Part shown: piece after piece, positions 57,013-64,000 of the stretch
Layout of the letters: each line of letters starts with the position of its first letter
How positions within the stretch are numbered: the first letter of the stretch is position 1
From: Eledone cirrhosa
Lineage: Eukaryota
NCBI GenBank assembly: GCA_964016885.1
Contig: OZ024742.1
Location: 211,792,001 to 211,856,000 of the forward strand
Length of the DNA stretch: 64,000 nt
Direction: 5' to 3'
The notes under the pieces: model-generated
What the model was told of the DNA's origin: nothing
The model's database searches: none
Seen by the model: only the letters and a program-made list of their open reading frames with translations
Made by a program: the position numbers and the translations under genes

Positions 57013-57805
57013 GTAAGTCTCTGATAAATGTGTCATTTTAGAAACTTTAGTTCTATTGAAAACTTACATTGAATTATCAACTGTTGTCTTTTATTTTATT
57101 GGCCTTTATCACCATTGTTCATTCTCCATCATCCATCATTGTTGTCATTGTTATCTACATTACCATCATCAAATCACCACCACCACCATCACTATTATCA
57201 TTCCCATTGTCATCATCATTGTTGTCATCATCATCATCATCAATCATTTCATTTAGTGTTTGTTTTACCATGCTTTCATGAGTTAGATTGAGTTTACCTT
57301 AGTATAACAATGGTCAGATGTTCTTAATAAGTATACAAAATATTGCACTCTAATCAATGCAGGTTCAACAACAACAATATCATCATCATCATCATCATCA
57401 TCAACAACAACAACTAATGAAAACAATCTCTCTCCCTTCCTCATTTAAGTCAGTATCTTTCTGGATTGTGTCATTCTATAGAAGATTGTTAAATTATTTC
57501 CTAATGGTTTTTGCTCCATAGTACATTTATATTCACACTTAGAAAGGAAAGTGTTTGTGTATGGAACATCTCACTGAATATAATTTGGACAGGTTGAACC
57601 CACATAAGATTTATTGTAATGTTTGCAACTGTGATATGAAGATGTTAATTCACTATATAAACTTCAGAAGAAGGGTATTGAAATGAAGTATTTATCATTT
57701 TTAAAATGTCATCATTTCATGGTTTAAGAAATGTCTTCCTAAATATTAATAAAACTATGAATATTTGAAGAATATTTCTTTATATATGTTTCCTTTCAAT
57801 TTTAG

Positions 57806-57928
57806 GATGACCTTTTTAATATCCTCATCAACGGATTGGTTGAGAAACCCAATGGCGTTGCTGAGGCCACTAAACTTGTCTACCTCTTACGGAATGCTGG
57901 TCTTAATATAAATCATCCAAATGCAAAA
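57806..57928 (+). CDS. Host gene exon (ankyrin-repeat protein), phase 0
   Basis: ttttag|DDLFNILINGLVEKPNGVAEATKLVYLLRNAGLNINHPNAK|gtaagt; 123 nt. Confidence 0.82.
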
Positions 57929-58339
57929 GTAAGTGCAGTATTGAACTATATATCATCATCATCCACATCACCAATTGACAGTTGTTTTTCATGCTTAGTG
58001 GTATTCATTCCAGCTTTTTGTTCTCTCACTTCAAATCCTGTCAATGTCAACTTTGCCTTTTATCCATTTGAGATTGATAAAATAAGGTACCAGTCTAGAA
58101 CTGGGGTTGATTCTTCTTCTACATCTCTTTCTCACTTCTCTCTATCACTCTCTATCCTTCTCTGGAAGAAATATGCTGTACTCAAGCCTGGAGAGGGGAT
58201 GGACTCCGCCAGGTTTAAAAATGCCCTATGAAACACTGTATTTCAATATAGTGCCCCTACAACTTCCTCAGGAGTTACGGGTCCATACCATACCATATAT
58301 ATATATATGTATGAATTTTCATAAAATTGTAGGATTCTC

Positions 58340-58974
58340 AGAAGAGAGTCTAAAGCATGAGAGGAGAAATGAGGGGGGGGGGGGTATCGAGGAAGAGAAG
58401 AGAAAAACAGGAAGGAGATTGATGGAGCAGAACTTTTGGAGAATTGCGAAAAATAAATAGAAAATAATGGAGAAAGTAAACTAACAAAAAAAAAAAAAGA
58501 ACTTTAGCATCATATGAACTCATTAGATTCTTTCTAGACCAACATAGTTTCTCGCGGAAAAAAGGATGGACCATGTATATAAGGTTAGCCCATGCAACAG
58601 AACCTAAATTTGTGTTGGTCTGACGCTGGAATAGAGGAACAAGAGAGCAGTTGGACATGTCTATACCAAGCCAAGGTCGACTGGAAAAGAGGCTGTCTGT
58701 TATTCTGACAGGAACAGCAGCAGTAGGCGACTTCCTTTTTTCCAAGAGAAACCATATTGGTCTAGAAGGAAGCTGCTGGGTTCATATGACGCTAAAGTTC
58801 TATTGTTCTTGTTAGTTTACTTTCTTTATCCTTTCTCCATTATTTTCTATTTATTTTTCCCAATTCTTCAAAAGTTCTGCTCCATCATTCTCATTCCCGC
58901 TTTTCTCTTCACCTCTCCTCTCCTCTTCTCTCTCTCTATACCCCCCCCCTCATTTCTCATCTCATGCTTTAGGC
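58340..58974. mobile_element. Foldback element with ~210-bp diverged inverted arms
   Basis: 58340-58553 is the reverse complement of 58746-58974 plus 59166-59179. Confidence 0.75.
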
Positions 58975-59165
58975 CAAGCATGTCAAACATGCGGCCCTTT
59001 ACAAACACACCTGCGACCCACACAAAGGTATTTACAGCGCGAGCATGTTTTATCTTTGTAATATAAAATAAAAGAATTTGCTGTAATGTACGCAATTATT
59101 TGTTGTGTGTGGCCCTCAGACAACACATATGTGACCCATGTGGCCCCTTGAGTTTGACATGCCTG
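58975..59165. mobile_element. hAT MITE nested in the foldback arm
   Basis: TIR caagcatgtcaaac/gtttgacatgcctg; TSD ctttaggc/ctttagac. Confidence 0.85.
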
Positions 59166-59314
59166 CTTTAGACTCTCTTTCTTCCTTTCTCTCCCTCTCT
59201 CCATTCAATATGTTGTTATATCTTAACCTGACTTTTTACTATACATATAGTATTCAGCTGTTTACAGCTTCTCATCACACTGACAATCCTACAATACTCT
59301 TCGAGCAGCATTAT

Positions 59315-59422
59315 AATCCCGCCGAGGTTAACTTTGCCTTTCATCCTTACGGGATCGATAAAATAAAGTACCAGTAATACACTGGGTAATTGCTGGCCTT
59401 GTGCCTAACGTAGAAACAATTA
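59315..59422 (+). mobile_element. Truncated SINE
   Basis: Family match. Confidence 0.85.
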
Positions 59423-60953
59423 TAAGCCTGTTGCATAGTCCTAATATGTTAGGAGGTATTTGGTCATTTAATAGTTCAACTACACAACATGCGTTTTTGT
59501 ACAACATGCTGCCTCAACAAATAAAACAGTATATATAATTTCTTGGTCAATCTCCTCTTAGATTTTGAAGAATTAAATTCCCCTGAAGAGTATTGCAGAT
59601 TCTTCAATTATTGGTAATTCCAATAAAGTTCTTCCGCAAACGAAACCATAGTAAGGAGATCTTTATATAAGTGAGAATAGCTACAATATATTTTTTGTGT
59701 GTCTGGCTTATACTCCCATAAATAGAGTTTTTCTCACTTAAATTTAATATGTAATATTACTTCTCTGAGTGTCATCTTATCTATATACTTTATCCACTCA
59801 TTGAGATGTTTAAGTATTAGAGACTAATTAACCTTTAATATATATATATATCAAAAGTATATATTGAGTTAAAAACTCACAACAGTCCCTTATAATTAAA
59901 ATAGCTCAAGGAAAAAAATGTTTCCGAGCCTTATAATACAGAAACGAACATAGATATATAACTATATGTGTTCAAATCACAAGAGACAGAAACCACCAGG
60001 GTGAAGATAATACTGACTGAAATCAAAACCCAATCAAAAGGATAAATTGAGATATACGAACCCACCATATCATATACCCAGACAGTTTATGGGTAGAACT
60101 GTTTAACAGTATTTTCTTCACCCTGGTGGTTTCTGTCCCTTGTGATTTGAACCACCTCCCTACTCACCACCATTGTGAACCTTGCGAGCTGGAATGGCTC
60201 TTCCAGCGTGTCTCCCTCACCATCCTCTGGGGAAACACCTTCTCTATTCTCTCTGAGAATAATAGTAAGAGTTGGGGAGAACAGGAGAGATGGAGACAGT
60301 GGGAGTTTGGACCCTTTGCTTTGGATCTGGTGTATATGTATATATTTATCTACCGCATCACACACACACATTAATAGTTAAAACTATTGAAACTCAATTG
60401 ATGACATTCTTGAATTATTTAACACTTACAGATTGTTTCCCTGCTTTTCTTATAACTACAAGATTGAAGTGTCATTGTTATCAAACCAGCATTGTTATTT
60501 CCCTGTGACTAACCAAGGAAATTTTAGACTTTTTTTTTGTATATTTTCTGGGTTATGGATCCTCAATAGAGTTAACCATAAGAATTTGGCTATACTTGCG
60601 TCTTCTAACATTTGCAACTTCTTTTCTGTATGTTGAAACCTTTGTTGACTGATCATGTAGGCTTGAGTTTGGCTGTGCTTTATTGACAAGGTCCAAAAAG
60701 ACTGAAACATGTCACATTGTCTACTAACAAAGATCAGATTTTCCTTAAGTCTATAAATTAAGATTTTTATGAAATATCAATCTATAATTAATTGAAATTA
60801 TCTTCCGTTTTCTTTGAATTTTGCTAACAATTTCCACCAGGTTTGTGCGTGTGCATAGGTATATATATTTTTCGTTTCTTGATTCTGTACATGAAATAGC
60901 TCAATTTATTTTTCGTGCATGTTTTAAACTATATTTTGTTGTAATTTAAACAG

Positions 60954-61061
60954 GATGGATCCATTCCACTTTTGACATATCTACAAAAGGGAAAAGAAAT
61001 TGATGCCAATTTTGTTGAGGCCTTGTTGCGCTGTAATGCAGATGTCTATGCTGTTAACCAG
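60954..61061 (+). CDS. Host gene exon encoding one ankyrin-like repeat, phase 0
   Basis: aaacag|DGSIPLLTYLQKGKEIDANFVEALLRCNADVYAVNQ|gttagt; 108 nt; G-x-[T/I]PL..VEALL..NADV..N pattern. Confidence 0.85.
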
Positions 61062-61069
61062 GTTAGTTA

Positions 61070-62074
61070 TCTATATATCTAAAACAGAGAATGTCTGTCT
61101 GTCTGTCCCCCTAAAACTCGAGAACCACCCAACCGATTTTTTTCAAACTTTACACATGTAATACTTATGGTCGTGTGAGTGTTTTGAGCAAAAAATATTT
61201 CCAATTTTCAATGCCCTAGGGACCGCATTAGCGATCTCTCTCTCTTCTATAGTCTGTCTTTTTAGATAGATACATAGCTATAATGTCGCGCCCTTATAAT
61301 ATCTGTCTGTATGTCTGGCTGTTTGCATTACGACATTATGAAAACATTGACTTCACTATCTGTGTGTGTGTGTGTGTGTATATATGTATATATAGTGTGT
61401 GTATATATATATAGTGTAGGGAACGTCTTCACTAACCAAAGTATCGTCTTCCTGTCTTCCTTCGGTTGCAACGTTTTTCGAAATATTTACTTCTGCATTC
61501 ACAGATTGACTTTTTTAGTTTCAGAAGATCCCGTTAAGGGTGAAAGCAGCGATTCTTTGCTTAAACTTTAATCTGCAATGCCTATCAACAAATCCCAGGG
61601 CCAGACCCTAGCTGGTGCTGGTCTTCTTTTGGAAGAGTCATGTTTTTCACACGGACAACTATACATTGGCTGCTCAAGAGTTGGAAGCAAGACAAATCTT
61701 TTTGCATATGCCCGACACGGAAGGACAAGGAACATTGTGTACAAGGATGTACTACAATCATTGTTTAGGTAGACGAGGCAGAAGGGGATATACACGATTG
61801 GCTGAAGAAGGGTGAGACCGTGTTAGTAGTATGACCAATGGTTGCTATCACACCAACAGCAGCAAAAACAACAACAAAAAAGAGAGGGAATGCAATTACA
61901 TGCTTTTGAAAAATCTTAATGGAAAATTATTTGCCTATTCACCGAAGGCGACTTCACTTTTTGTTAGGACTTCTGCATCTATTGGTGAACATACGACGAA
62001 ACTGTTTCAGAAAGGAGGGATAAACATGCCAATCTATGTTTAGAATCCCGAGTAATGCCGGGCCATTCTGCTAG
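61070..62074 (+). mobile_element. Non-autonomous Helitron with Pif1-like helicase C-terminal remnant (61578-61772)
   Basis: A|TC start; 3' imperfect hairpin cccgagtaatgccggg + CTAG; INKSQGQTL..CFSHGQLYIGCSRVG..TRNIVYKDVL. Confidence 0.88.
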
Positions 62075-62094
62075 CTATTATTATTATAATTATT

Positions 62095-63215
62095 GGGCGG
62101 TGGATTGGCAGTATCGGTAGAGGGTCGGACGCCATGCTTTGCAGCATAGAGTTACGGCTCTTTATGATCTGAGCTCAAATCCCGCCGAGGTTAACTTTGC
62201 CTTTCATCCTTATGGGGTTGATAAAATAAAGTACCAGTAATGTACTGGGTAATTTCTGGCCTTGTGCCTAAAGTAGAAACAATTATTATTATAATTATTG
62301 GGCGGTGGATTGGCAGTATCGGTAGAGGGTCGGACGCCATGCTTTGCAGCATAGAGTTACGGCTCTTTATGATCTGAGCTCAAATCCCGCCGAGGTTAAC
62401 TTTGTCTTTCATCCTTATGGGGTCGATAAAATAAAGTACCAGTAATACACTGGGTAATTGCTGGCCTTGTGCCAAAAGTAGAAACAATTATTATTATTAT
62501 TATTATTGGCAGTATCAGTAAAGTGTTGGACACCATCTTTCACGACATAGAGTTATGACCCATTACATTCTGAGTTCAAATCCTGCCGTGGTTAGCTTTG
62601 CTTTTCATCCTTGTGGGGTTGATAAAATAAAGTACCAGCAATGCACTGAGGTGATTTAACTGACTTGCCCCATCGCCCCTCAAATTGTTGGCCTTGTTCT
62701 TAAATCAGAAACCATTATTATTATTATTATTGGCTTGTCGGTAGAGTGTTGAACAAAATACTTTGTGGTATTTAATTACGATGTTCTATGGTCTAAGTTT
62801 AAATCCCTCCAGTACCAGTTAAATACTGGGATTGATATAATCGACTTCCCCTACCCCCAAATTGCTGGCCTTGTACCAGTATCAGAAAGACATTATTGGA
62901 TTTACATGGGTAGTGGACTGACAGTATAGGTATAGGAATGGACAAAATGTGAGTTCAAATCCCACCGAGGTGAACTTGTGTCAATGTTAGAAAGAATTAT
63001 TATTGGATTATCAGTTATTAGAGTGTCTGACAAATGCTTAGCAGTTCTTTTCATTCTGAGTTCAAATCATGTCGAGGTCAACTTTGCCTTTCATCCTTCC
63101 AGGATTGATAAAATAAAGTACCAGTAAAGTACTAGGGGACAATTTAATTGACTCCCCATCCCACTCAAAAAAATTGCTGGCGCTGTGCTTAACATAGAAA
63201 CTATTATTATTATTA
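62095..63215 (+). mobile_element. Head-to-tail cluster of ~6 SINEs separated by (ATT)n
   Basis: Repeated SINE core; the first two copies are almost identical and later ones are more diverged. Confidence 0.9.
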
Positions 63216-63309
63216 TCAACTTTTCAAAGTGGAAGTAGAATTTACATAACCCCAGTATTAACTGCCTGTGCTCAACAAGGCAAATCATTCATTGATATTG
63301 GAAATGTGC

Positions 63310-64000
63310 TCTGGACAGGTATAACAGGGCCCAATAGTCTGGAAAGGTGTCCCCCTAGTGTTAGTGACACAAATGAATCATTGTGGTGTGACGACCTGTC
63401 TCATATAGGACAGTTCTGAGCAAAGTTACATCCTTCAGTAGTTCCCAAGCCACCAACCTAGGGATGGTGTCCCATTAAAAAAAAACCCCAAACACATGGA
63501 AATTTACTCTTTTACCCATTTCAAAAATATGGAGACAACAATAATTGCAGACTGTGGATCGTGGTGCAGGAAAATGCTAAGCAGTCCGAGTCCCCCAACC
63601 CAGGAGCACAGAGCAACATTCCTAGTGCTGGGGTAAAGAAGTTGCCAAAAAGACAATGTAGAATTAGAAATACTAAATTTAAGTGGACCCAGGTTGACAA
63701 TAAGGTATTATGGGAATCTTATGTTAGGAGTGATCCATTGGAAAAAAGGATACACGAATTGTGGATGGAAAGAGGGATGAAAGAGCTTACTTCTCAAAGG
63801 CTAATTGTTTAGGCTAGAAACATGAGAACCAAGAAGGTATTGTCCAGGGTAGAACTAGTAGAGATTCATCACATAGTCCATGAAGAAGCAGGCGCTGAGG
63901 TCTTGAATAATGAAGTGAACAAAGAAAATCTGGAAGAGAGGGACTCTGTTGATGTGTTTGAAGAAATTGCTATTTGAGAAAACATCATTGGATTGAGGAT
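63310..64000 (+). mobile_element. 5' part of degenerate Dong/R4-type non-LTR retrotransposon
   Basis: KWTQVDNKVLWESYVRSDP..IHELWMERG..TSQRL..ARNM..LSRVELVEI resembles the R4/Dong N-terminus; contains stops. Confidence 0.65.

Noticed and set aside
62095-62200. tRNA genes in SINE heads
   Set aside because: Only A/B-box-like remnants followed by the SINE core; no complete cloverleaf.

Overview
AT-rich, repeat-dominated animal DNA. The SINE family, long (TA)n/(TACA)n arrays and retroelement mix suggest an octopus or other cephalopod (inference). 1-18 kb is a (TA)n 'island' holding the 5' half of a CR1-like LINE, kb-long TA arrays, a non-autonomous RTE derivative (3 copies, plus a diverged one at 52 kb), a near-complete Penelope-like element with hammerhead ribozymes in its pseudo-LTRs, hammerhead-bearing palindromes and a Helitron. 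18.5-47 kb holds SINEs, hAT/Merlin MITEs, a young non-autonomous LTR element and a cluster of CRE-type (RT + restriction-like endonuclease) retrotransposons. 50-64 kb holds an RTE LINE, three phase-0 exons of an ankyrin-repeat host gene, an intronic Helitron, a SINE cluster and a Dong/R4 5' fragment. Most interesting: (i) LINE ORF2 has no usable ATG and overlaps ORF1 in the -1 frame at a U UUU UUA slippery site; (ii) the LTR element has tandem tRNA-Trp primer sites, one extending past the m1A58 position with an A>T change exactly there; (iii) several unrelated palindromic hammerhead mini-elements sit in or beside (TA)n. All calls are by eye, with no database search, and most boundaries are approximate.
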